Positions 1 to 11,410 of a DNA stretch of 64,000 nucleotides are shown in pieces; the first letter of the stretch is position 1; every line of letters begins with the position of its first letter. Under the pieces are notes generated by a model. The model had not been told where the DNA came from and did no database searches. It saw only the letters and a program-made list of their open reading frames with translations. The position numbers were made by a program, and so were the translations under genes. This DNA comes from Diadema antillarum (Eukaryota): the NCBI RefSeq assembly GCF_040938485.1, contig NW_027271169.1, forward strand, positions 124,001 through 188,000, given 5' to 3'.

Positions 1-238
1 TAACATTTTCTCATCAATGTTGAATTGATTACTAAAGAAATAGTGATATCTGCTAGAATGAGCTCACATGTTGGCAATACAAGGAAACATCAAGTGTTTC
101 AACATCTTTACTATAGTTGCAAATATTATCCGATGATTCGAAAGTGTTAAAATCAGTGTCTTTCTTCCACATAAGACTTACCCTTTAAAGTAATTAATTC
201 GTTATCTGCTTTCATCCATTCATTCCCTGAATGTCCAG
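1..238 (+). other. 3' part of the 5'UTR intron of paralog 1 (acceptor tccAG at 238)
   Basis: AG-free zone 191-236 ending in tccag, 18 nt before the ATG as in paralogs 2-5. Homologous to intron sequence at about 4597-4710 and 16595-16710. Confidence 0.7.
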
Positions 239-255
239 TATTGGCAGATGTCAGG

Positions 256-1350
256 ATGAACACCACATTGGATGTCAGCATCTACGACCCTTATGAGGAC
301 TTAGTGTTGGTAATCAGTAACAGTGTTTTGGCCTGTGTAGTCGCCTTAATCACGATCACGGGCGTACTCGGCAACAGTTTCGTCATCCTGCTCATCTCAC
401 TGTCCCGCCAGCTCCAGACCGTCACCAACGTTTTCGTTGTGAGTCTGACCCTCTCCGACCTGATCGGATGCGGCATGATGAGTCTTGAAATTGTGGCATT
501 ATCAAATTTGGATGGTTGGCCTTTACCAGAATGGGTGTGTCAAATGACAGGTGGGGTGTGCGTTATAGCATTCATTGCAAGTGTAGCCCATCTTGCACTG
601 ATAAGCATTGATCGATTTGTCCTCATAACCCGTCCCAAAGCCCGGTACATGCGACTCTATAATGGACGAAATATAATCATCATGATAGCCTTTGCCTGGC
701 TGGCGCCGTTTTTGTCCATTGTCCTGCCAACATCCTTAAGCTTTGGACGTCTCGGGTACAACGCCAAAAACCATTTCTGCGTGTTTGACGGAGATAAGTT
801 ACAGCTCCGCGTGGTGAACATTTTTGGAGCGGTTATCTTTGCCACAGCTTTTTCCATCATTATGTCATGCTATGTGCGGATCTACCTGTATGTGAGGAAA
901 CAACATCGCAATCTTTTAAAATTTTACAGGGACAAGCCCGTTAAGTCTGTGGCACCACACAGAAATGAGTCTTCGAACATGCGAATGACTATAGACAAAC
1001 GTGAGATTGAAATCACAAAGAATCTTTTCTTTGTTGTTTGTGGATATTTCGTCTGCGTCCTCCCGAATTCTGTGTGTGTTCTGACAGAATCGTGCTATCT
1101 GAAATATTTCAAATTCACGGCCGTCGTATATTCCATCAATTCCTGCATCAACCCCTTCATCTATTGTTTCAAACAGCCACTTTTCCGTCAAATCTCCCTC
1201 TGCGTATTCCGACGTCGGTGGTCAGATATTCCAAAGCCATCTCCATGGTTACAGCGTTTGGTGACTGTGAAGATGAAGAAAGAAGTTACAACTGGAAGAA
1301 CAGAAATCTCGAAGACGGTCTCAATCTCTGCATCGGTGCAGGATGTATAA
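256..1350 (+). CDS. Class A (rhodopsin-like) orphan GPCR, paralog 1, 364 aa, single coding exon
   Basis: Seven hydrophobic segments with GN (TM1), LSD (TM2), WPLPEWVC, DRF (TM3), AWL.P (TM4), C.LP (TM6), NSCINPFIY (TM7). The ORF-track TTG at 241 lies just past the splice acceptor; the first ATG is at 256. Confidence 0.95.
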   Translation: MNTTLDVSIYDPYEDLVLVISNSVLACVVALITITGVLGNSFVILLISLSRQLQTVTNVFVVSLTLSDLIGCGMMSLEIVALSNLDGWPLPEWVCQMTGGVCVIAFIASVAHLALISIDRFVLITRPKARYMRLYNGRNIIIMIAFAWLAPFLSIVLPTSLSFGRLGYNAKNHFCVFDGDKLQLRVVNIFGAVIFATAFSIIMSCYVRIYLYVRKQHRNLLKFYRDKPVKSVAPHRNESSNMRMTIDKREIEITKNLFFVVCGYFVCVLPNSVCVLTESCYLKYFKFTAVVYSINSCINPFIYCFKQPLFRQISLCVFRRRWSDIPKPSPWLQRLVTVKMKKEVTTGRTEISKTVSISASVQDV

Positions 1351-1833
1351 GGAACAAGAGCTCCGACGCCCACACATTTAAAATTAGACGGCGTACGAGC
1401 AAAGATCAGATCGAAATAACAAATACCCTTTTTATTATAGGTTGAATAATGTCGTTTTTGTTTTAAGGACCATTCTAGTCAATTCTTTCTTAGAATGGAG
1501 GGGAAGGCGTTGACCTTTTTGTTCTTCTTTAGAAAAATGCAATTAATTTGTCATGATATACATGTAGTATTTATAATTCGTCCGAAGAAATTATGAATTA
1601 TAATTTGAGATGATTGATTGTTTCAAAACTTTGCCTATTTTGAACACTAATCGCATGCCATTTCGTTGTTATTATATTATTATTTTTCCTTCTGGCTTAC
1701 AAGTAGGGAAAAACAGATTTAAAAAAAAAAACCCAATCAAACAAACGCGTATGCATATCTGGCATATGATACCTTAGTAGTATCTTTGATATTCAGATGA
1801 TTCTTTAAGGAAGGCGTTTGCATGGTGTTGCAC

Positions 1834-2145
1834 ATAGCATATGCTCGGTTTTCGGTTCACCATGTGTGAGTCCTTAAAAGGACTGTTAGAATGACAGGAG
1901 GAAAGAAAAAGGATAGGATGAGAGGCAAGAATTGAGTAAGAGTATTCTTTCTGGAGTGTGTGTAGTCCTGAAAATGACTGTGAACCGGAGAGGGATAGAA
2001 GAGCTTTTCAGGACTACACACACTCCAGATAGAATACTCTCACTCAATTCTTGCCTCTCATCCTATCCTTTTTCTTTCCTCCTGTCATTCCAACAGTCCT
2101 TTTAAGGACTCACACATGGTGAACCGAAAACCGAGCATATGCTAT
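1834..2145. repeat. Long inverted repeat (141-bp arms, 30-nt spacer)
   Basis: 1834-1974 is the reverse complement of 2005-2145 with about 3 mismatches. Absent from the paralogous spacer near 14070-14100. Confidence 0.95.
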
Positions 2146-3880
2146 CTTTAATATTGTAGTGATATCTTAAATTCCCAAAGGGCTGATATTCTCTGTCACT
2201 TCATGGAAGGGAAAATAAGACTTTTTGCTTGACATATTATGTGAGGTGACATCTACTTCTCCCACACAGTCGTTTTGAGGAGTGAAAGGCATCGTTTAGT
2301 TTCTGACGAATCTGAGGTTAATGATCACACATGCACACTGTGTCTCGGAAATGAAAACGAAAGTGCTGTTGAAAATTCTCGTTAGATCTGAAAAAAAAAA
2401 TACTGAATATGGTCGAATATACCATACTCTTTCGATGAATTGAAACTAATATCTTTTTTTAATCCATCCTTAAAAAATTTGTGTTGAGACAAGTAAATTT
2501 GAAATGGTTTAATAGTAACATGGTGATATTGTTCACGATGTCTTAATAGTCCCTTTGTGCTGACTAATTCTTGAGGTTTTTTTTTTTAAGTTTGAATGTT
2601 TTCTAATCATTTCAACATTGCCAGCTGCATTACAATGTTAGACAGGGTCTATAATATGGCGAGAGAAATAATCCTGTGGCATTTGGGCAATATTAAAGAA
2701 TTGTCTATGTGCGAAATTTTGAATACATGCTCAAGTAATGCAGATAATTTCAGGTAAAGAGACAATTGCTACTAAACAGATATTGATGTTTCAGAAGAAT
2801 TTTGATTGCGACTCCAAATTTTCAGCCGCATTGTTCATCACCACGTGTTTTCATGGAAGTGTCATAAATTAGGCGTTCAATTTTATTACCGGAACACTAG
2901 ATAAATGTCGTGTTATGGACATTACACAGTGGAAAGGATCAATTAACATTCATATCTATTAATCCAATATTCAGTCAACGACTATATTTAAGAAAGCACC
3001 TATGTTCATTCAATCTACACTTTCGCGATTATGTTAGCTTATTCGGAGTAATGTAACAGTTCTAATCTTTGTTTTGTGTTGTATATGAGTGCTGATTTTT
3101 TTACCGAAAACCTATTAACGGAAAGATAATTTCCAATATACCGCTATTTAACTCTGCACAGAAGGTTAAAAGCTAAAGTCAGATATGATATAAACACCTC
3201 CTCTAACCTATATTTTTCTCATTTCCACATCTATTTGCAAAACTTAATTCAAGCATGAGTGTAAGAAATAGAAGAGAAGTTTTGGAAGTTTAGTTTCTAA
3301 TCATAGTCGCACGTAATCATAGAACAAAGTAATAAGAGACGTTGTGAGTAATATGGAAAAGCAAACCACTGTAACTGCTTTACGGAGTGCCCATTTTGTT
3401 GACACAACGCAACAAGTTGTGGAATACGTATGGGATGTTGACTTTGAGGGGAAGATTGATCGTTCAAATGATTTACTTTAATGGAAGGAAATGTATATGA
3501 ATGATATTATGATAAGTCCATGAGTTATGTTATAATAATAAAAATGATAATAAAAATAGTAGCTGCTACTATGTACACCTGCTATGTTCCTCCCAATAAG
3601 GTTCATGACGTGAGTGCACACTTTAATCATATACAATAAAGCACATGATTCTTTACAATGATTTCTCATCCTCTCTCTTCCTTCGTCTTTCTCCCTGGCG
3701 ATGTATTTTCCCGGCAAATAAGTTGAGTCAATGTCAATGTCAGTTTATGAATGTGGCGAAGGGGTTCTCTTTATCGGGTTTTTTTTTTCAGTAGTGGCAG
3801 ATCTTATACGAGAGTATGATCAGATGATTAGGTGGTTGTGGGCATAATCCTCGAACTGCTCTTTTAAGCGAAATCAAAAA

Positions 3881-4121
3881 GAGGCGGAGTGATTGTCATA
3901 TGTTTCATATCATAGGTCACGACCAACAGCCAATGGCCTGGCTTTCGTAGAGCGTTTTTAATCGGCAATAAATGTTGAGAATTCAACACATGTCATTATC
4001 GTCTGGAGAAAGCTCCAAGCCCAAGGATATACAGAAACAGCTTGATAGTCGAATTCCTATTACCTAATAACATTCTTCGGTCCTAGAGTGTCCTCGAAAA
4101 CGGGAGGGAACCATTTCATCG
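3881..4121 (+). promoter_or_regulatory. Promoter and non-coding exon 1 of paralog 2 (intron 4122-5305)
   Basis: GC box 3881, CCAAT 3930, TATA-equivalent tttaa 3957, TCA initiator (A at 3985), donor cg|GTAAGA 4122, acceptor tccAG 5305. Confidence 0.7.
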
Positions 4122-5322
4122 GTAAGAAATCTGTTTCACTCATATTTCACTCACAACAAAATCCACAACGGTTTTAACTGAAATTTTGAAACCAGTGTGC
4201 TTAAGAATCCATCCTTCAATCTGTTGAAAAAAGACGCAAAATCAATAACTGAGCAATCAAAGGGAAACTCTAGAATTTGCTTTTGATGATATTATGTGTC
4301 GGAAAGACCAGCATTTTGCTTTAATACACAGGATATGAGAGCATGGTTTTATCGCAAATAAATGTGAATTCACAATTCACAAGAAAGCGTAATTCTCTAC
4401 ACTATTTAGTTTTTTGTTATCTTTATCTTGTCCTTCTCAAGAAATTTCAAATTATTGATCGATTTTCGTTTGAATTCTGATGAAAACTGTTTTGAAGTAA
4501 GTTGGCATAGCATATACACTGCAGTAAATTGTGCAAAATTAAGAAAAACATTTTGGAGAATCAAATCTTAAATTTCAATATCATAACCACTTCATAACAA
4601 TTTCTCATCAATGTTGAATTGATTACTAGTGAAATAACTTGATATCTGCTAGAATGAGCTCACATGTGGGCAATCCAACAAAACATCAACTGTTTCAACA
4701 TCTTTACAATAATTACAAAATTATATCTGGTGTAAACTTTTATCTAACTACCTTTTCTTTAAACGTAATATTCGATGAATGAAAGTTCATTGTTTTACTC
4801 TATCATTTAATACATTTCCAATTTCAAAATTGAAACAATTTATTCCTATCATACTCTTCTGAAAGATTCAGTGTTTCTCGCCAAATTTGTAAAACTTTTG
4901 AATGGGGACCTTTTCAAATCAACCAAATAAGTATAAAAATGTTTTTTGATTTTGATATTGAGATGTCAATGAAATCATTTTATCTGAATAAGTCTGTTTT
5001 CTTGTATTGGTTATGACATCTTTCCAAAAAATTGTTATTCAATTTATCAAACCAAAGCCTTGGGAAAGCATCTTTGCATTAAGAAAAATATGCAGCACGA
5101 AAAATTCCCCGACATTATTTCATTTATCTTTACAAACTTTACCATGATCCATTTTCAATAAACTTATTCATTTCGAATGCACTGTTTTTTTTCCTTATAA
5201 GGTGTTGAGATCAGTGTCTCTCATCTACATAAGACGTGGCCTCGAAAGCGATTTATTATTTTAATTCGGTATCTACTTTAATCTATTAATTTCCTGAATG
5301 TCCAGTTTTAGCAGATTTCAGG

Positions 5323-6417
5323 ATGAATTCGACATTACGTGTCAGCATTTACGACCCTTATGACGACTTCGAGTTGGTAATCAGCAACAGCGTTTTGGCG
5401 TGTGTAGTCGCCTTGATCACGATCACGGGCGTGCTCGGCAACAGTTTCGTCATCCTGCTCGTCTCACTGTCTCGCCAGCTCCAGACAGTGACCAACGTCT
5501 TCGTGGTGAGTCTGACCCTCTCCGACCTGATCGGATGCAGCATGTCGAGTCTTGAAATTGTGGCATTATTAAACCTGGATGGTTGGCCTTTACCAGAATG
5601 GGTGTGTCAAATGACAGGTGGGGTGTGCGTTATAGCGTTCATTGCAAGTGTGGCCCATCTTGCATTGATAAGCTTTGATCGATTTGTCCTCATAACCTGT
5701 CCCAAAACGAGGTACATGCGACTCTACAATGGACGAAATATCATCATGATGATAGCCTTCGCGTGGCTGGCGCCGTTTTTGTCGATTGTCCTGCCAACAT
5801 CCTTAGGCTTTGGACGTCTCGGGTACAATGCCAACAATCATTTCTGCGTGTTTGACGGAGATAAGTTACAGCTCCGCGTGGTGAACATTTTTGGAGCGGT
5901 CATCTTTGCTACAGCTTTTTCCGTCATTATGTCGTGCTATGTGCAGATCTACCTGTATGTGAGGAAACAACATCGCAATCTTTTAAAATTTTACAGGGAC
6001 AAGCCCGATAAGTCTGTCACACAACACGGAAGTGAGTCTTCTAACATGCGAATGACTATAGACAAACGTGAGATTGAAATCACAAAGAATCTTTTCTTTG
6101 TTGTTTGTGGATATTTCGTCTGCGTCCTCCCGAATTCTGTGTGTGTTCTGACAGAATCGTGCTATCTGAAATATTTCAAATTCACGGCCGTCGTGTACTC
6201 CATCAATTCTTGTATCAACCCCTTCATCTATTGTTTCAAACAGCCACTTTTCCGTCATATCTCCCTCTGCGTATTCCGACGTCGGTGGTCAGATATTCCC
6301 AGGCTATCCCCATGGTTACAGCGTTTGATGGATGTAAAGATGACGAAAGGATGTACTGCTGGAAGAACAGAAATCCCGAATACGGTCTCAATCTCCGCGT
6401 CGATGCAGGATGTTTAA
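5323..6417 (+). CDS. Class A orphan GPCR, paralog 2, 364 aa
   Basis: Same 7TM motifs, intact ORF, highly similar to paralog 1. Confidence 0.95.
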   Translation: MNSTLRVSIYDPYDDFELVISNSVLACVVALITITGVLGNSFVILLVSLSRQLQTVTNVFVVSLTLSDLIGCSMSSLEIVALLNLDGWPLPEWVCQMTGGVCVIAFIASVAHLALISFDRFVLITCPKTRYMRLYNGRNIIMMIAFAWLAPFLSIVLPTSLGFGRLGYNANNHFCVFDGDKLQLRVVNIFGAVIFATAFSVIMSCYVQIYLYVRKQHRNLLKFYRDKPDKSVTQHGSESSNMRMTIDKREIEITKNLFFVVCGYFVCVLPNSVCVLTESCYLKYFKFTAVVYSINSCINPFIYCFKQPLFRHISLCVFRRRWSDIPRLSPWLQRLMDVKMTKGCTAGRTEIPNTVSISASMQDV

Positions 6418-6839
6418 AGTGCAAGAGCTTAGACGCCCTCAAATTAAAAATGAAACGATCAGTAAAGATTAGATCGAAATAACAAAGAACCTTTGAATCA
6501 TATTCTTTGGCCTTTTGCTTTAATTTGCTTGTAATAACTGTATGAGGTTTGATTTGAAGCCACCGCCCTAGTTAAGATCTGCATGCGTACAATCATGGGC
6601 GTCTCCCGCTTTTTTCCATTTCGTTCTACGTTGGCAAGATGGGGTAATATTGCATAAAGTACTGTGAAATTCGTCAGATAAAGTTACAAATCTAAACGTC
6701 AGATAATTATCGCTTTATAGCTTTGGTCACTTCAACATTAACTCCTAGGTAATTTCATTGCTTTATCTCTTTTTATGTTGGCCGGGAAAAAGCTGAAATA
6801 GAACAAACAAACTCTTCACTCATGCTCTGTGTGTTTTAA

Positions 6840-7399
6840 AGGGGAAATCCAGTCCAAAAATAAGTTTATCTGATAAAAGAGAGTAAAATCTTACTAATTC
6901 AACAGTAAAATTTTGACTGAAATCGGATGAAAAATAAGGAAGTAAAGAGATTTTCAAGTTTTGCTCATTTCTGCAAAACAGTTCCATGTCATAACCTAAC
7001 AATTTTTCATTGATCGGGTACAAAAAATGACAAAAATTCAATGTTTCTGTCATTCAAGTTTAAAACATGACGTTATTCTTATTGAATAACTTCAGAAGAG
7101 TGATCAGTTACATATATCCGGATTTGAGCCTTGGGCATAATTGTGTTTGAATTGAAAACTGGAAATGCCAAAATTTTATGTACAAACTATGTGGCAAGTT
7201 GTGAAGGTATGACATGCTCACTTTTCCATTTGCATAATATATTGACCGTTCAAGAACTGTTTCCTGAAATATTAGTGAAACTTCAAAATGTCTTAACTTC
7301 CTTATTTTTCACCCGATTTCGATCAAAATTTTACTGTGGAACTCGTAATATTGTACTCTTTCTTATCAGACTAACTTTATTTGGACTGGATTTTCCCCT
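6840..7399. mobile_element. Kolobok-like (TTAA-target) MITE
   Basis: TIRs AGGGGAAATCCAGTCCAAA / TTTGGACTGGATTTTCCCCT with TTAA on both sides. Confidence 0.85.
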
Positions 7400-8342
7400 T
7401 TAAAAGGAGGGGCGACTAACAGTTTAAAATTCGGTGAAGTAGTTTATTGTTTTTAAGATAGTCTTTGACGGCTTACGAAAGTTTGAATTTGAAACTTTGA
7501 CTTTGACTTTGACTTTGAATTTAAAAGTATAGACTCAGGCGAGTCGACATAATTGGATATTACTAATGGACAATCACTCCCATTTTGGGTCAGGCTCGAG
7601 ATCAGCAGCCGATAGATTTGGTTATTGGCATTAGGTATTTGCATATACCGCACGGAAAATAGCGCCTTAGTGATATATATTTTGTATCATTTCGTTGAAT
7701 CTGAGCAAAACAAAATTCTGACATTCTCTGTGGTACTTCACTGAAGAGGAAAATTAGACTTTTTGTTTGACACGTGTTGGCTAACATCTACATCATTCCT
7801 ACACAGTCGTGTTGAGGTGTGAAAGGTGTTGTTTAACGATGTTGGCTGTTTGACGAACCAGGCGTCAATGCTCCTCTATGCAAACATTGTCTCTGATGTT
7901 GTGTAAGATGTTGCGAACACAAATGTTATTTAAATGATCATTAAATCCTAAAATAGATTTTAAAATTGTGAATTGTCTGAATCACCATACTCATTTATTT
8001 GTTTGTGAAAAGCAATGTTGAAATAAATCAATGGAAGCATTTAAAGGGGATGGCTAGTAACTGATCAGTGGGATTTAGTGGGAATGCTGAGGGATGATTG
8101 TTCCAATCCTTGTGGGATTCATTTAAGAGTACATTATATATCTATTGCTGTGTGAAAATTATTTGCTTCAGAATGGTCTCATATTCAAGTAATGTGCAGT
8201 TTAATCGCCCCGTCACTGTACAGGCATGCTAACCTGGAAACATTAAACTGCACACGGAGTTTTTATATGAACTACTGTTGTGAATCAATACTTTTTTGGA
8301 CCCCAAGCAGAAACCTATTGCTGATATATATGTATATATATA

Positions 8343-9561
8343 CTAGGTGTTTCAAAAAACATTTCCCACTTTTGATCACTAATAATTCTGAAACTGTTCA
8401 CCCGATAAAACTGTCATTGATATGAGTAATAGCTGAATAGTGTACAATTTTGTTGCAGGTAATTTGAATGTGAAAGCATTAATCAGTTTCATTAAATCTA
8501 AGATTGATTTTGAAGTAAGGTTTCAGATTTTGGTCAAATTTTAACCGTCTGTACAAAAATGAACTTTACACAGAAACCAATGATGTGTATGTGAGTGTGT
8601 GCTGACAATGGCCCTGAACAATGGACATGCCTGAACCACCTGTTGACTGGGCGTCAGTCTCGTGCTCCCTGGCACATGAATGCTTAATCAATAATTCATG
8701 TTGATTGCCCTGGGCACTGCTAGTCTGAATTCATGCACGGTAAAGGGTAAAATGCATGCACATGGAAAAAGTAAGCACATGTTTCCATGTGCTTGCAAAC
8801 ACCACATTTCATTCCAGCTGGCAATCATTTTCAAATTTTGCTTCACATATCACTAAATTTGGGATATAATTGAGCATAAATGATCTAAAGTTCCTCATTT
8901 TTATACAACTGTCTACTAATTAAATAGTCTGACAAATTTTCGCTTTTTCGATAAAAAGAGATCATTTTTGGTAAAAAGTTAAGCAGCATTTATCATGGGG
9001 CGATTTGTTTCACAGTAGATTTGTTTAAGGCTCCATATACACAAATGTATACTCTAATTGATTTTCTTTGCTTCCTGTCACCATGTTTACGATAGAACAG
9101 AAGGTATTCATTGTAATTTCGTTTTTCAGAAGTAGGGAGAGCACTGTCGCGACTCAAAGACAGTATCGGCAGGTGTTTGACTTTACACAGATACTGCCAG
9201 AAGCTGAATAAAGACTAGTTGTGACAGAGGAATTTCTCATGAATAAATAATGAAGCATTCAAACCCTGGCCATTGTTCAGGACCATTGTCAGGGTGTTAG
9301 CCACACACTCCCATACACATCCATTGACCCCTGTGCAAAGTGAAATTTTGTACAGAGGGTTGAAAATAGAGCAAAATCTGGAACCTAACTGTGAAATTAA
9401 TCATGGATTTCATGAAACTGATTTATGCTTTCATATTTAAACCACCTTCAACCAAATTGTACAGTATTCAGCTATCACTCATATCAATGACAGTGTTATC
9501 TGATATATAGTTTATGAATTATTAAGAATCAAAAGTGGGAAATGTTTTTTGAAACACCTAG
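8343..9561 (+). mobile_element. Internally deleted Tc1/mariner-superfamily DNA transposon
   Basis: TA|CTAGGTGTTTCAAAAAA...TTTTTTGAAACACCTAG|TA with imperfect TIRs of about 290 bp. Residual ORF 9083-9211 MFTIEQKVFIVISFFRSRESTVATQRQYRQVF resembles the N-terminal HTH (DUF4817-type) of Tc1/maT-like transposases. Confidence 0.85.
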
Positions 9562-9593
<32 letters not shown>

Positions 9594-11175
9594 CATGTTG
9601 CATGTATGCCCTGTTTCAATTTAGAAATTGTCCTTACGCACAATGTCGGATGCACGTAAAAGTTATTCAGAACGGAAAACTGCCACTAAATACATGTAGA
9701 TCCTATCTCTTAAGAGAATTTCAACAGTAATTGTCCAAATGTTCAGCTGAACTGTTGATCACTATATGTGTTCAACTTCAACTCAGTTTTATTTTTATTA
9801 ATATTGTCATTAGACTGATTTATTATCGAACCATCAAATGCCACATTTTTACGTTTGTCTGTGCAAAGGCGGAATAAACATTTAAGTTAGCGCAAAAAGT
9901 TATATTCTCTGTTAAATTTGCAATTTTTTTCTTTAACAATCATCACCGAATGCATTCGTTTAAAGCAACAACAACAAAAAATATCGAATATCAGCCAGCC
10001 TTCGTAAGGACTAGTATTCAGTCATTTGCCATTTTATTTAAGTTGAAACCAATATTGCAAATAAGTTCACAATTTAAAGAGTTTTTGAGATTACCTTATT
10101 TATCGTCTTCTTAGAATATACACCTATGCATACCCTGACGGAAAGAACACAGTGTCCCTCAGTGTTTTCACATTGTGTTCGCAATGTGTTCACANNNNNN
10201 NNNNNNNNNNNNNNNNNNNNNNNNNNNNNNNNNNNNNNNNNNNNNNNNNNNNNNNNNNNNNNNNNNNNNNNNNNNNNNNNNNNNNNNNNNNNNNNNNNNN
10301 NNNNNNNNNNNNNNNNNNNNNNNNNNNNNNNNNNNNNNNNNNNNNNNNNNNNNNNNNNNNNNNNNNNNNNNNNNNNNNNNNNNNNNNNNNNNCTGGAACT
10401 TACATTCTCACCATTCCATAGATAATTTTCAATTAAATGCCCCAATCCTTAACTCTGCGGGTTAAAAGTTGCAGAAAGTTCCGATATCGTAGGCATCTCC
10501 TCTGTAGGTTCCATGAGTAATTTTCACATCTATCTGCAACACCTTACCCAAGCATGGCACATGACTATGCCGCTCAATGTAAATTCATGAAGACGAAATG
10601 TAATTTAAGGATGTATTTTCAAATAAAATGTACAAGTTGTGGAATTTACGGATCTAATCGATGTCGTGTCTAATCATAACAAATAAGAGTTATGAATAAT
10701 ACGGAAAAGTAAACCACTATAAAACGAAACCGTCTGTTATTGATGGATGTTCATTGGTTGACACAAAGGTGCAAGTAGTGGAATATAATTATATAAGATA
10801 TTTCCAGTCTTATGGGTAGATGGCTCATAAGATTCCACATCAAATGGAAGATACGAACTATACAGATGATGGGTTTATGAAGAAAGCGATTGTACAGTAT
10901 GTTCTTCCCAGAGAGGTTCATGCGAGTGTGCACCACACAAATAAAACCACACGATTCTTCAATAGTTTTTCATCCTTTCTCCCTCCCTCATAATCTCCCT
11001 CCCTCGCGATGTATTTTCCCGGAAATATAAGTTCAATGTCGGTTTGTGAATGTGGTGTAATTGTACTTTATCGTATTCCAGTAGTGGCATAAGATCTTAT
11101 AAGACAGATTGATCAAATTATTCAGTGAGTGTACTATGTATGATTCTCGTAATGTTCTTGTAAGCGAGAACAAAT

Positions 11176-11410
11176 GGAGGCGGGGGATATAATGTTTCAT
11201 GATGATGCGTCACGACCAACAGCCAATGGCCTGGCTTTCGGAGAGCGCTTTATAATCGGCGATAAGGGTTGAGAATTCAGCACATTCATGTCATCATCGT
11301 CCGGAGAAAGCCCCCCGGGATATAACAGCTTGGTAGTCGAATTTCTACTATCAAGTCAAACTCTTGCCTTCTTAAAGTCTACTCAAAAGGAAGAGAGAAA
11401 CATTACATAG
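11176..11410 (+). promoter_or_regulatory. Promoter and non-coding exon 1 of paralog 3 (intron 11411-12539)
   Basis: GC box 11176, TGCGTCAC, CCAAT 11223, TATAA 11251, TCA (A at 11279), donor ag|GTGAGA 11411, acceptor tccAG 12539. Confidence 0.7.

Noticed and set aside
231-296. Out-of-frame ATG in the conserved atgtccag just upstream of each start codon, as an overlapping uORF
   Set aside because: It lies 5' of the predicted tccAG acceptor, so it is intronic; its conservation is explained by the splice site.
291-476. Antisense 61-aa ORF repeated in all six genes, and +1-frame ORFs such as 1038-1445
   Set aside because: Shadows of the conserved GPCR codons; they depend on non-ATG starts and vary in length between copies.
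1100-1165. Opsin identity for the receptors
   Set aside because: Position 7.43 is Ser, not the retinal-binding Lys.
10074-10465. ORFs spanning N runs or (TA)n/(CA)n tracts throughout the window
   Set aside because: Artefacts of assembly gaps and microsatellites.
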